From: Leptolyngbyaceae cyanobacterium
GTDB taxonomy: Bacteria > Cyanobacteriota > Cyanobacteriia > Phormidesmidales > Phormidesmidaceae
NCBI GenBank assembly: GCA_965263355.1
Contig: CBDHHL010000049.1
Coordinates: 96,001 to 160,000 of the forward strand
Direction: 5' to 3'
DNA length: 64,000 bases
Shown here in pieces: positions 10,122-19,873 of this stretch (the first letter of the stretch is position 1; the number at the start of each line of letters is the position of its first letter). Position numbers and translations under genes: made by a program. The notes below the pieces were generated by a model. That model was not told where the DNA came from and did not search any database. It was given only the letters and a program-made list of their open reading frames with translations.

Positions 10122-11326
10122 GAAACAGGTCTCCTTATAAATAAATAAATAAATTAATTAATCAATCAATCAACTGGATATTCCCTTTTCAAACGTCCAA
10201 CTCATTCAAGGGGCACTTTAAGCCCTGAATCACCTCAGGTCGAAAATTGAGCCTTCGCCAAATGTTCAGAATAAGCAGCTGGGGATCTGTTTTAAGAGGG
10301 GTACCTTGTTCACTCAATATACAACCAAGAATTCATGACAAACAAGCTAAATTGCAATCACTCCAAACAGTATTTTATAAAAATTTGATATGGAGTAGAT
10401 CCCTACAAGAAAATTGTTTTGAAGGTAATATTTTTGTATGCTACATAACAAAAATATTACAGGTGCTTGTACAATTAAGAGTAAGAATAAGTAGGAATAA
10501 GTAGGAAGAAAAATTAGTTTTGGACTTTAAAGAAAATAGTATGTTAATAAAAGTCAATGCCCTGGAAAGCCTTTTTGGCTAATGAATTAGCTCATATGCT
10601 CATATTTATATTTTAGTTTTATGTGCATCTCTCCTAACTTATCTATTTAATTAAACCAATTTCGATAATTGACTGCACACACTTCAAAACTAATTTTTGT
10701 CAAGTTTTCTAGATGGTTTTAAGTTTTATCTAACAAAGTTCTATGCTAAGCTTCTTACTATTAATTACAAAAGACACTTGAAGGCGTTTTTTGACCATGG
10801 TAAATATTTAAATATGCCTAGCCGGGGAAATGAGTATAGGTTTTATTTGTTGAATTAGTGTTTTCCTAGCTTGGGGTCCATGAGTCTTTGATAAAAGAAA
10901 TTTTATCGCTGAAATAATGTATTTAACATTGTTTGTTGAGGATTAACTATATTTCGACTGTTTTTTATGTTTTTCGCTGATTTCATAAATAAGGAATTTG
11001 ACGTCCATCCAAAGTGCCTAATCTATTCATGCTTTAGTTTTAGGACTTGAATTAGAACTATTTCGGTTACAAAAGTAACCTTATGGGTCAGTTTTTGATA
11101 AACAGCATACACATAATTAGGAAGAAATTGATGAGCGGTATCTCCATCCAAAATTGAGACTTGATTCAAAGGCAACATTCTGTTTGCGATCTCTTCAAGT
11201 AAATTACTTTGAGGTGTTTTTGAAATCCTCCTACTGAAGCCGCTGTTGATTCCATAGGTTTTCTCACTGAGAGCACCTATGCCTATGGGTAATGCACTAA
11301 ACATTTTTTAATGGGGATAATTCTTG

Positions 11327-14300
11327 ATGATTCATTCACCTGAAGGGCAATCAGTTTTAACTAATGATGCCCCTGCGATCGCAATTGTTGGCATGGGTTG
11401 TTATTATCCGGGTGCTAGTGATTTACGCACCCTGTGGGAAAATATTTTGTCTAAGCGACAACAGTTTCGTCGGTCCCTCGACAGCCGGTTGCCTATCGCA
11501 GAGTACTACGATCCAGATCCTGCTACCCCTGACAAAACCTATGGCGATCGGGCGGCAGTGATAGACGGATTTGCATTTGATTGGGTGAAACGGCGAATCC
11601 CAAAGATATCCTTTGAATCTACCGATGTGGTGCATTGGTTGGCCCTAGAAACAGCCCTAAAAGCAATTGAAGATGTTGGCTACACTCGAAAAACTGTTCC
11701 CACTGAACGCACTGGCTTTATTCTGGGGAACACCCTGACGGGAGAACAAACACGTTCCACTACAGTGCGTTTACGTTGGCCGTTTGTCAGGCGGGCTTTG
11801 CAGGCCGCTGCTGCTGCCAAGGGCATGACTGAGGCCACCATAGACGAGTTGGTCTCTTTTATGGAAGGTGTGTATAAATCTGCATTTACCCCCATTACCG
11901 AAGATTCTTTGGCAGGAGGCCTTTCCAATACGATTGCCGGACGAGTTTGCAATTTCTTTGATTTTAAGGGGGGAGGCTACACTGTCGATGGGGCCTGTTC
12001 ATCATCCCTGATTGCCATTGCCACCGCCGCCAATGCTCTGGTCAGTGGTGATCTAGACATGGCCCTGGCTGGAGGGGTCGATATTAGTCTCGACACCTTT
12101 GAACTCATTGGGTTTGCCAAGGTAGGGGCGTTAACAGCCCAAGATATGACGGTTTATGATCGGACCGCCAGTGGATTTATCCCAGGTGAAGGCTGTGGCT
12201 GTGTGGTCATGAAACGTCTGGAAGATGCCCGGCGGGATGGGGATTATGTCTATGCCGTTTTAAATGGCTGGGCCATTTCTTCGGATGGTAAGGGAGGGAT
12301 TACGGCACCGTCCAAGGTGGGACAGTCCAATGCCCTCCAGTGGGCCTACAATCGGGCGGGCTATAGTAGCCATCAACTCGACTTTATTGAAGGTCATGGG
12401 ACCGGCACACCTGTAGGTGACCGCACCGAAATTGAGGGCATCGCCTTAACATTAGCTGCTGATGGTAAGTTGTCTCCCCGCCAGGTAGGGTTGACATCTT
12501 TTAAATCTCTGGTGGGACATACCAAGGCGGCAGCGGGTGTGGGCGGATTTATCAAGACTGTTATAGCGGTCAATCAGCGTGTTTTGCCACCCACCTGTGG
12601 CTGTAAAGAGCCCAACCCTATCTTTGATACGGTGGCCCAAGCCGTTTACCCCATTCTGCAGGGAGAAGTGCGCAGCTCAGATGACACCCTGACAGCAGGA
12701 ATCTCGGCTATGGGGTTTGGTGGCATTAACTGCCATGCCACTATTACCTCCGGGGATACTCCTCGCGATCGCTTAAAGCCCACCCTGCCTGAACGCGCCC
12801 TGATGGTGTCCCATCAGGAAACAGAATTATTTATTTTTAGCGCTGGTACTATCCCTGAGCTGTTGTCACAGGTAAGCGCTGTAGCTAAGGATGCTAGGGA
12901 TATTAGTCTAGCGGAAATGGTGGATTTGGCGGCTCATCTTGCTAAGCAGATAACCCCTCAACAACCTATCAGGGCGGCTGTGATTGCCAATTCTCCTAAG
13001 ACGTTGGTGCAACGGCTGGCCCAATTACAAGATTTAGCCCAGGACCGTCCCTGTGGTCCGGGAACAGTCTTGACAGCCCACCAGGATGGTTTGCCCCAGG
13101 CGGTGTGGCTAAGTCATTCGGCCCGACGAGATCGCGTTGCCTTTCTCTTCCCAGGGCAGGGGTCACAACAGCTGAATATGGCCAGGGTTTTGGTGGAACG
13201 CCATGGCTGGGCTCAAGAGCTACTTCAGCAAACGGATCAATGGTTGGCGGAGATTGACTGTGAGCCCATTAGTACCTACATGTTCCGCTCGACTGATCGG
13301 GCGGCCAATACAGACGAATTAGGGAACTGGATGAAGTCCTTGACCCGAGCTGATATTGCCCCAGCGGCCATCTGTTTTGCGTCATTGTTATGGCACCAAT
13401 ATTTGACCCGATTGGGGATCACCCCCGTTGCGGTGGGGGGCCATAGCTTGGGAGAACTGTCGGCGTTCTATGCGGCGGGTGCCTACGATGCCAAAACCCT
13501 GATTCAGTTTGCAGCAGTGCGCGGTAAAGCGATGCTCTCACCTCAGGGACAAGCGGGCTCGATGGTGAGTTTGGGGTGCGATCTCACCACAGCAGAAAAT
13601 CTTTTGAAACAAATCTCAGGCTATGCCGTTGTCGCCAACATCAACCATCCCCAACAAACCGTAATATCGGGCCATGCCGAAAGTATCAAGCAAGTGCTCC
13701 TAGCAGCAGAACGAGACGTGTTATATGCCCGTCAGCTAGCCGTTGCCAATGCATTCCACTCAGCTCTGGTGGAAGAGGCAGCAGCCCAGGTAAAAGAAAA
13801 GGCACCCATTCCGACAGAACTAACGTCAATTAACATGCCCATTATCTCCGCTATGACAGGTCAGCCTGTCAATGTCGGACTCAAATTGCCTGATTACTTT
13901 GCCCAACAAATCACATCCCAGGTCGACTTTATTTCATTGATCAACACCATCAACCCCCTGTGTGATCTGATGGTCGAAGTGGGAACCGGAAAAGTATTAT
14001 CCAAATTGGCGCAAACCAATTTAGATGGACAACCTGACCGATGCTTTGCAGTGGAAGCAAAGGTGGGAGAAGCCCTGAGTTTGAATACGTTTCTAGGTAA
14101 CTTTTTTGTTCAAGGGGGTGCGATTAAATGGGACATAGTCTATGAAAATCGTATGGTGCGCCCTTACATTTCCCCGTCAGACCGGGTATTTATCGGCAAT
14201 CCCTGCGAAAATCCACTCCAGGTTCCAGAAACCAAACCATTTACCACTGCTCCCTATTCGGGGGCTGTTAACGGCAATACCATGCCTCAAAATGCCTATC

Positions 14301-14434
14301 AACTCTCTGATGATGAGTTAGTTAATGTGCTTTCAGATTACTTTACTCGCCGTGGAGACTTTCTGGCCGAAATTATCCAGGCAGATATGCAGTTTGTTCC
14401 CCTTTCACTAACAGTTAAGCAATATCATGAATAA
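11327..14434 (+). CDS. Enediyne-type (PKSE-like) iterative type I PKS, subunit 1: KS-AT
   Basis: DGACSSS, HGTGT and GHTKAAAG triad motifs; PKSE-like GNTLTGE..RLRWPFVRR segment; AT motifs GHSLG and AFHS. ORF track starts at TTG 11324; ATG at 11327 chosen. Confidence 0.9.
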   Translation: MIHSPEGQSVLTNDAPAIAIVGMGCYYPGASDLRTLWENILSKRQQFRRSLDSRLPIAEYYDPDPATPDKTYGDRAAVIDGFAFDWVKRRIPKISFESTDVVHWLALETALKAIEDVGYTRKTVPTERTGFILGNTLTGEQTRSTTVRLRWPFVRRALQAAAAAKGMTEATIDELVSFMEGVYKSAFTPITEDSLAGGLSNTIAGRVCNFFDFKGGGYTVDGACSSSLIAIATAANALVSGDLDMALAGGVDISLDTFELIGFAKVGALTAQDMTVYDRTASGFIPGEGCGCVVMKRLEDARRDGDYVYAVLNGWAISSDGKGGITAPSKVGQSNALQWAYNRAGYSSHQLDFIEGHGTGTPVGDRTEIEGIALTLAADGKLSPRQVGLTSFKSLVGHTKAAAGVGGFIKTVIAVNQRVLPPTCGCKEPNPIFDTVAQAVYPILQGEVRSSDDTLTAGISAMGFGGINCHATITSGDTPRDRLKPTLPERALMVSHQETELFIFSAGTIPELLSQVSAVAKDARDISLAEMVDLAAHLAKQITPQQPIRAAVIANSPKTLVQRLAQLQDLAQDRPCGPGTVLTAHQDGLPQAVWLSHSARRDRVAFLFPGQGSQQLNMARVLVERHGWAQELLQQTDQWLAEIDCEPISTYMFRSTDRAANTDELGNWMKSLTRADIAPAAICFASLLWHQYLTRLGITPVAVGGHSLGELSAFYAAGAYDAKTLIQFAAVRGKAMLSPQGQAGSMVSLGCDLTTAENLLKQISGYAVVANINHPQQTVISGHAESIKQVLLAAERDVLYARQLAVANAFHSALVEEAAAQVKEKAPIPTELTSINMPIISAMTGQPVNVGLKLPDYFAQQITSQVDFISLINTINPLCDLMVEVGTGKVLSKLAQTNLDGQPDRCFAVEAKVGEALSLNTFLGNFFVQGGAIKWDIVYENRMVRPYISPSDRVFIGNPCENPLQVPETKPFTTAPYSGAVNGNTMPQNAYQLSDDELVNVLSDYFTRRGDFLAEIIQADMQFVPLSLTVKQYHE

Positions 14435-17400
14435 TATCGATTCTGATCAAGAGATGCTGCAATTGCTCTCCCAATATTTTGCGACGAGGGGTAATTTTTT
14501 AGCCCAGGTGATTCGTGCTGATATGCGCACATTACCTGGGCATCAGTTGGCCCAGACCCATAGTGTGAATGGGAGCAATGGCTATAACAACAGCCATAAC
14601 GGCAATGGCTATAACCATCAATTCAACGGTTTATCGACCAATGGTGCGGTCAACAACGGTGCGGTCAACAACGGTGCGGCCAATAACGGTGTACCTCATG
14701 TTCAGGTCGTTACTCCCGTTGCCCCCTCTGTGGTACCTGAAGTAGTACCGAGCCAGACGACGACCCACGACCAGGTGGTAGGTACGTTAGTGAACCTGAT
14801 TGTTGAGAAAACTGGATATCCTCAAGAAAGTATTACATTAGACTCCCGGCTGCTGGATGACCTAAATTTAGATTCCATTAAAGCCGGGGAAGTAGTCGCA
14901 ACAGCAGCCAAGCAATTTGGCGTAACCGGGGACTTAGATCCAACGGCCCTAGCCAATGTCACCCTAGCAGAAGTAGCCCAGGCTATTTGCGACACCCTGC
15001 CCGACGCAGGCCCATTACCAGAGACATCTATCGGTAACAACAACTCTGCCCTGGTGCCCTCGGTTCCCGAGACGAAAAATGTCTCCCAAATGCTGCTGAA
15101 CTTGGTGGAAGAAAGCACTGGCTTTCCCAAATCATCCTTGGCGATGGACATGCGGTTGTTGGATGATTTAAACCTAGATTCCATTAAGGCAGCTGAGCTA
15201 GTGGGACGAGCCGCCAAACAATTGGGCATTGATGGTCAGCTAGACCCCTCCACCCTGGCCAATGCCACCTTAACCGACGTGGCGACTACCCTGGAGAATG
15301 CCGCCACCATGACGGTGCCTGCGCAAGCAGTGAATCCAGCCCTTAAGCCCGCTAAACCGACTGCGATCGCCTTGAGTAAATGGGTGAGAAACTTTGCCGT
15401 TGACTATATAGAAGCGGCCCTGCCCGAACGCACCCCTGAGACCTGGTCTAACGCCAAGGTGAGATTGGTGGCCGATACCTCAGACAGTCCCGTGGTCGCT
15501 GCCCTAGCTGCTCAAATCACCTCCCTGGGTGGAGAGATTGTTCACTCCACATTCACCGAGATTCTATCGGCAGCGGCGGAAACCGGCTATAGCCATATTA
15601 TTGCCGTTTTACCGCAGCCTGCCGAGGCCGCAGAATTATCGTCTCTGCCCCTAGCCGAAATGACCGTGCGGCTAAAGGGCATCACCACCCTGGCCGATGC
15701 CGCTAAGACAGCTTGTGTGGCCTACGTCCAGTTTGGCGGCGGCCAGTTTGGCACAGACTCAGCCCTGGCACCCGAATCCTGTTGTGCCGCCGCCTTTGCC
15801 CGCAGTCTGCATCTGGAGCGTCCCTCTTTGCGAGTTCGGGTGGTAGACCTGGCGTCTGCCCTGGTTCCAGAACAAAGTGCTGAGCTGGTAATCTCAGAGC
15901 TCTCAGGTGAAGAGACTATTGTCACAGCGGGCTACGATGCTGAACAAGTGCGTCGGGTTCCCCAGTCGCGACTGCACCAACCTGCCACCTACACCCCCCG
16001 TGAGCAAAGCTGGTCTAATACCGATGTAATTCTGGTGACCGGTGGTGCTAAGGGAATTACGGCGGAATGTGCCCTGGCCATTGCTGAATCGACAGGGGCG
16101 AAAATGGCCTTGGTGGGTCGCTCGGCAGCGCCTGCCCCCGGCAGCCAGAACGAGATTGCTAAAACGTTGGCTCGATATGGCCAGCAGGATCTGAAGGCTG
16201 AGTATTATTCCTGTGACATTGCCAATCCTGAGGCAGTGGTCACCTTGGTTGAGACTATCACTAAAGAGCTTGGCTCGGTAACTGGCGTTATCCATGGGGC
16301 TGGCTTAAATACCCCCCGTCGGGTAGAACAGGTGAGTTTAGAGGAGGCCCAAAAGGAAGCGGGTCCAAAATTAATCGGAGCGCAAAATCTTCTTCAGGCC
16401 CTCGCTGAGCATCCGCCCAAACTGTTCCTGGCCTTTACCTCCATCATTGGTATCACTGGCATGCCGGGCAACAGCTGGTATGGCTTTGCTAATGAATCTC
16501 TGGCGCTGTTGCTGCGCCGCTTTAATCATCTGCATCCAGAAACTCAGGTGGTCTCCCTGGCCTACAGCGTCTGGGATGAAGTGGGTATGGGGGCTCGCAT
16601 GGGCAGTGTGAAGAACCTGGAACGCATGGGCATTGGGGCCATATCGCCCGAGGAAGGGATTGAGCGCTGTGTCAGACTCTTCCATAATGATCCAGGTGTG
16701 CAGCAGGTGGCCATAGCTGCCCGTCTTGGTGGTTTAGATACCTGGATTCCCATCCCGCAGATTCCCATCGATCAGCTGCGATTTATGGAACGGGTCACCT
16801 ATCTTGAGCCCGGTGTAGAACTCACCGTGCGCACCCATCTCACCCAGGAGAGAGATCTCTATGTCAAGGATCATATCTGGCGAGGGTCCTACCTGTTTCC
16901 CACCGTCTTTGGTTTAGAAGCCATGGCCCAGGCGGCAGCAGTGATATCGGCAGACCCTGAGCCCACCATTGTGCGACTGGAAAATATCTCCCTGCGGCGT
17001 CCCATTGTGGTTAGTCCAGAGACTGGTGTTGAGATTGAAATCCACGCCGAGATGACCGAACTCAACAGCGCTGGTGAGAGGCAAATTAAAATCGGCATTC
17101 GTACTGAACAAACCGGCTTTAACACCGACCACTTCTCTGCCACCCTGGTATTGGGGGAGCGTCAACCCAGTCAAACCCTGAAGCATCAACTTGGTGCGCC
17201 ATTGGCCATTGAGCCCAAACGGGATCTCTACGGCAGTTTACTCTTCCAAGGGGAGCTGTTCCAGCAGATGGATAGTATCTACTCCCTCAGTCGAGAGCAA
17301 AGTCTGCTAGAATCCCATGCCCAAGCCTCAGCCGACTTAACGGAAACCGGCTTCCCCGTTGGCCAGGGCAGTGACTTCCTGCTAGGTGACCCCTATTTAC

Positions 17401-19484
17401 GGGATGTGTTGTTGCAATGTATGCAGCTGAATATTCCTCAAGATATCTGTCTGCCTGTTGAGATTGAACGTATAGACCTGTTTGCAAATCCGCTAACCGG
17501 AGCAGGGCGACGGATCATCACCGCAATTTTGAATGAAAAAATCGACAAAGAATACATTTGTGAGGTAGTTGCCACCGATGAGGTAGGCACCATCATTGAG
17601 CACTTGCACGGCTACCGATTACGGGTCCTAGAAGAACATCCCGAAAACCCCAGCGCAGTAGAATTGGCATCTCCGGAACGGCGGGACCAACAAACCTTAC
17701 AACAAACTCTGACAGTTGCCTGTAGTCAGGTGGGTGTGCAAACACCCACTGTCGCCCTGGGCTACGCCCCTGGACTGGGCGCACAAGCTAAGAAAAAGCG
17801 TCGGCAGATAGAAAAGGGACTTGTTGATCGGGTTATTAAGCGCACCCGTAATCTTGCACCAGACTCTGCGGCTCTCACATTTACTATCCGCACCCACAGC
17901 TCGGGTAAACCCTATCTGAGTGGACAGGCGTTTCAGGATCTGGAGGCTCCTCCAGAGCTTTCTCTGTCCCACGACGATCACTACTGTCTCTGTACGGTGG
18001 CTGATACTCCCCAGGGGTGTGATATCGAATCGGTTAACCATCGCTCTGAGGAAGATTGGGTAGCGCTGTTGAGCAATGCCCGCACCGACATTGTTAATCA
18101 GCTAGTGGCCTCGGGGGACGAGCGAGATGTGGCAGGTACTCGGGTGTGGTCAGCCTTAGAGGCGCTGCATAAGGCTTTTAATGGTATTGATTTCACCCTA
18201 TACCTTCAACAGCGTCAGGACAGCACCGTGTTATTGCATGCCCAAACAGACCAGGGAGATAACTATTATGTTTTGACCCTGCCAGTGCAGCTGACCCGCT
18301 ATCCACAGCGCATGGTGGCGATGGTAGTGAACCTGTCCCCTGAGACATCCACCGTGGGTTCGCCTGTAGGTTCGCCTGGTTCACTCCTGGTAGACGAACA
18401 GCCTGATCCCTATGGCATTATCCGTCCTGGAGAACATCGCACCCGCATCACGGAAGATGGTCCCCAAAATCAACCGGTGTACGAAAAACGGTTCCCAGTT
18501 ACCTTTAAGGAGGGGTGTAGCATAAGCCGTAAAGTAACGGTGTCACAGTATATCAGCTGGGTGGGCAAGATTCGAGAACTGCCATTGAGAAGCATGGCAG
18601 AACAGATGGTGCCCGATTTCCTAAGCGGTGAGTTTGGCATGGTGACTAATAGCGTTACCCTGCGAGTCTTAGGAGAGGCCACTACCTATGACACGATCCA
18701 GGCTCGGTGTTGGTTAGGCAATTTAGTCAACTCGTCCTTCTCCACATATATGGAATTCTGCAAAGTGTTACCCGATGACACCTTAGAACGGGTAGCCATG
18801 GCAGAAGTCCGGGCAACTTGGGTGCGGTTAATCAGCTATGGTATTCCGGCCCCTGAGCCCATGCCAAATTATCTGCAGGCCTATATGGATCAGTTCTGTG
18901 CCAAATTACCTGCCACCATCGATCTAAAAGAATCTCCCACCGATACCTTACAGGTGTTACCCGAAAGTCTATCGGCGATGCAACCAGGGGGTATCCAGTA
19001 TCAGTCTTCTGCAATCCCCCATGGTGATTTAGTGTTTACTGAGGTTTTCCAAACCACCTTAGAAGAGTCCAACCTGGTGGGGAATGTCTACTACGGCAAT
19101 TACTTCATCTGGCAAGGACGGGTGATCGATCTCTTCCTTTACTCCTTGGCCCCCAACTACTTTAGAGTGTCAACAGCGCAGGGAGAAGCGGTCTCACTTT
19201 ACAGCCATATGAACTTTATGCGAGAGGCCATGCCCTTTGATAAAATCCGCGTCAATCTCTATCTCCATAGCGTGACTGACTGTGGAGCAGTATTTAACTT
19301 CGAGTTTTTCCGAGAAATGCCCGGCGACAAGCAAGAAAAACTGCACACAGGACAGCAGGAAGTAATTTGGGCCAACCGTCAAGCCGACGGGTCCCCCATC
19401 CCTGCCTCCTGGCCTGAGGCAATTCGTAAAGCCCTAATTCAACAACAATCCACCTCAAACACCATGGGTTACGCCATGGCGTAG
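14427..19484 (+). CDS. Enediyne-type iterative PKS, subunit 2: ACP-ACP-KR-DH-PPTase plus two hot-dog thioesterase domains
   Basis: Two LNLDSIK ACPs; KR motifs TGGAKGIT and WYGFANE; DH motif DHIWRGSYLFP; PPTase motifs SLSH..GCDIE..WSALEALHKA; TE motif EESNLVGNVYY; overlaps subunit 1 by 8 bp. Confidence 0.9.
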   Translation: MNNIDSDQEMLQLLSQYFATRGNFLAQVIRADMRTLPGHQLAQTHSVNGSNGYNNSHNGNGYNHQFNGLSTNGAVNNGAVNNGAANNGVPHVQVVTPVAPSVVPEVVPSQTTTHDQVVGTLVNLIVEKTGYPQESITLDSRLLDDLNLDSIKAGEVVATAAKQFGVTGDLDPTALANVTLAEVAQAICDTLPDAGPLPETSIGNNNSALVPSVPETKNVSQMLLNLVEESTGFPKSSLAMDMRLLDDLNLDSIKAAELVGRAAKQLGIDGQLDPSTLANATLTDVATTLENAATMTVPAQAVNPALKPAKPTAIALSKWVRNFAVDYIEAALPERTPETWSNAKVRLVADTSDSPVVAALAAQITSLGGEIVHSTFTEILSAAAETGYSHIIAVLPQPAEAAELSSLPLAEMTVRLKGITTLADAAKTACVAYVQFGGGQFGTDSALAPESCCAAAFARSLHLERPSLRVRVVDLASALVPEQSAELVISELSGEETIVTAGYDAEQVRRVPQSRLHQPATYTPREQSWSNTDVILVTGGAKGITAECALAIAESTGAKMALVGRSAAPAPGSQNEIAKTLARYGQQDLKAEYYSCDIANPEAVVTLVETITKELGSVTGVIHGAGLNTPRRVEQVSLEEAQKEAGPKLIGAQNLLQALAEHPPKLFLAFTSIIGITGMPGNSWYGFANESLALLLRRFNHLHPETQVVSLAYSVWDEVGMGARMGSVKNLERMGIGAISPEEGIERCVRLFHNDPGVQQVAIAARLGGLDTWIPIPQIPIDQLRFMERVTYLEPGVELTVRTHLTQERDLYVKDHIWRGSYLFPTVFGLEAMAQAAAVISADPEPTIVRLENISLRRPIVVSPETGVEIEIHAEMTELNSAGERQIKIGIRTEQTGFNTDHFSATLVLGERQPSQTLKHQLGAPLAIEPKRDLYGSLLFQGELFQQMDSIYSLSREQSLLESHAQASADLTETGFPVGQGSDFLLGDPYLRDVLLQCMQLNIPQDICLPVEIERIDLFANPLTGAGRRIITAILNEKIDKEYICEVVATDEVGTIIEHLHGYRLRVLEEHPENPSAVELASPERRDQQTLQQTLTVACSQVGVQTPTVALGYAPGLGAQAKKKRRQIEKGLVDRVIKRTRNLAPDSAALTFTIRTHSSGKPYLSGQAFQDLEAPPELSLSHDDHYCLCTVADTPQGCDIESVNHRSEEDWVALLSNARTDIVNQLVASGDERDVAGTRVWSALEALHKAFNGIDFTLYLQQRQDSTVLLHAQTDQGDNYYVLTLPVQLTRYPQRMVAMVVNLSPETSTVGSPVGSPGSLLVDEQPDPYGIIRPGEHRTRITEDGPQNQPVYEKRFPVTFKEGCSISRKVTVSQYISWVGKIRELPLRSMAEQMVPDFLSGEFGMVTNSVTLRVLGEATTYDTIQARCWLGNLVNSSFSTYMEFCKVLPDDTLERVAMAEVRATWVRLISYGIPAPEPMPNYLQAYMDQFCAKLPATIDLKESPTDTLQVLPESLSAMQPGGIQYQSSAIPHGDLVFTEVFQTTLEESNLVGNVYYGNYFIWQGRVIDLFLYSLAPNYFRVSTAQGEAVSLYSHMNFMREAMPFDKIRVNLYLHSVTDCGAVFNFEFFREMPGDKQEKLHTGQQEVIWANRQADGSPIPASWPEAIRKALIQQQSTSNTMGYAMA

Positions 19485-19540
19485 GGTGTGTTTTAACGCA
19501 CCGTCCAGAGGCGTAGGGTGCGTTAAAACGCACCGTCCAG
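19478..19540. repeat. Two tandem GTAG-type REP-like short palindromic repeats (32-bp period)
   Basis: GGCGTAGGGTGTGTTTTAACGCACCGTCCAG and GGCGTAGGGTGCGTTAAAACGCACCGTCCAG; each has an internal GGTGYGTT/AACGCACC stem. Confidence 0.75.
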
Positions 19541-19571
19541 TTAACAGCACTTAAATCAAAAAACAATACCC

Positions 19572-19802
19572 ATGACTCAGTCCAAAGGCACCTTAAGAAA
19601 CCAACTCCGCAATATCCATATCCTGGCCTCTGTTGCCTTGGGGGCATTTATCTATTCCCCCTGGCGCAACAGTGCTGGCTTTCCCATGATCATGGGGGCT
19701 GTTGTTTTTCCCATCCTGTCATTGACGGGGTTATGGATGTGGCAGGGACACCGTATCAGTCGCTGGTTTAAGAACAAAAAAAATACAACCCCAGCCGCTT
19801 AA
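19572..19802 (+). CDS. Small two-helix membrane protein (76 aa)
   Basis: Two hydrophobic segments (HILASVALGAFIYSPW and GAVVFPILSLTGLWMW); operonic position between the PKS and the halogenases. Confidence 0.7.
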   Translation: MTQSKGTLRNQLRNIHILASVALGAFIYSPWRNSAGFPMIMGAVVFPILSLTGLWMWQGHRISRWFKNKKNTTPAA

Positions 19803-19873
19803 GCGTGAGGCGTCGCTACCCCTCAGCATGATTCCATCGAGAGCTTTCTATCCTTTCACTATCCAACCTTAAG

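Noticed and set aside
14570..14692. NGAVN-type 15-bp repeats, and the KEILSQN duplication near 50535-50577
   Set aside because: Ordinary slippage in low-complexity linker regions.
11327..19484. A true enediyne antibiotic cluster or a PUFA synthase
   Set aside because: No E3/E4/E5-like genes are recognisable in the window; there is no chain-length-factor or enoyl reductase partner as in Pfa systems, and the integrated PPTase and TE motif are PKSE-like.
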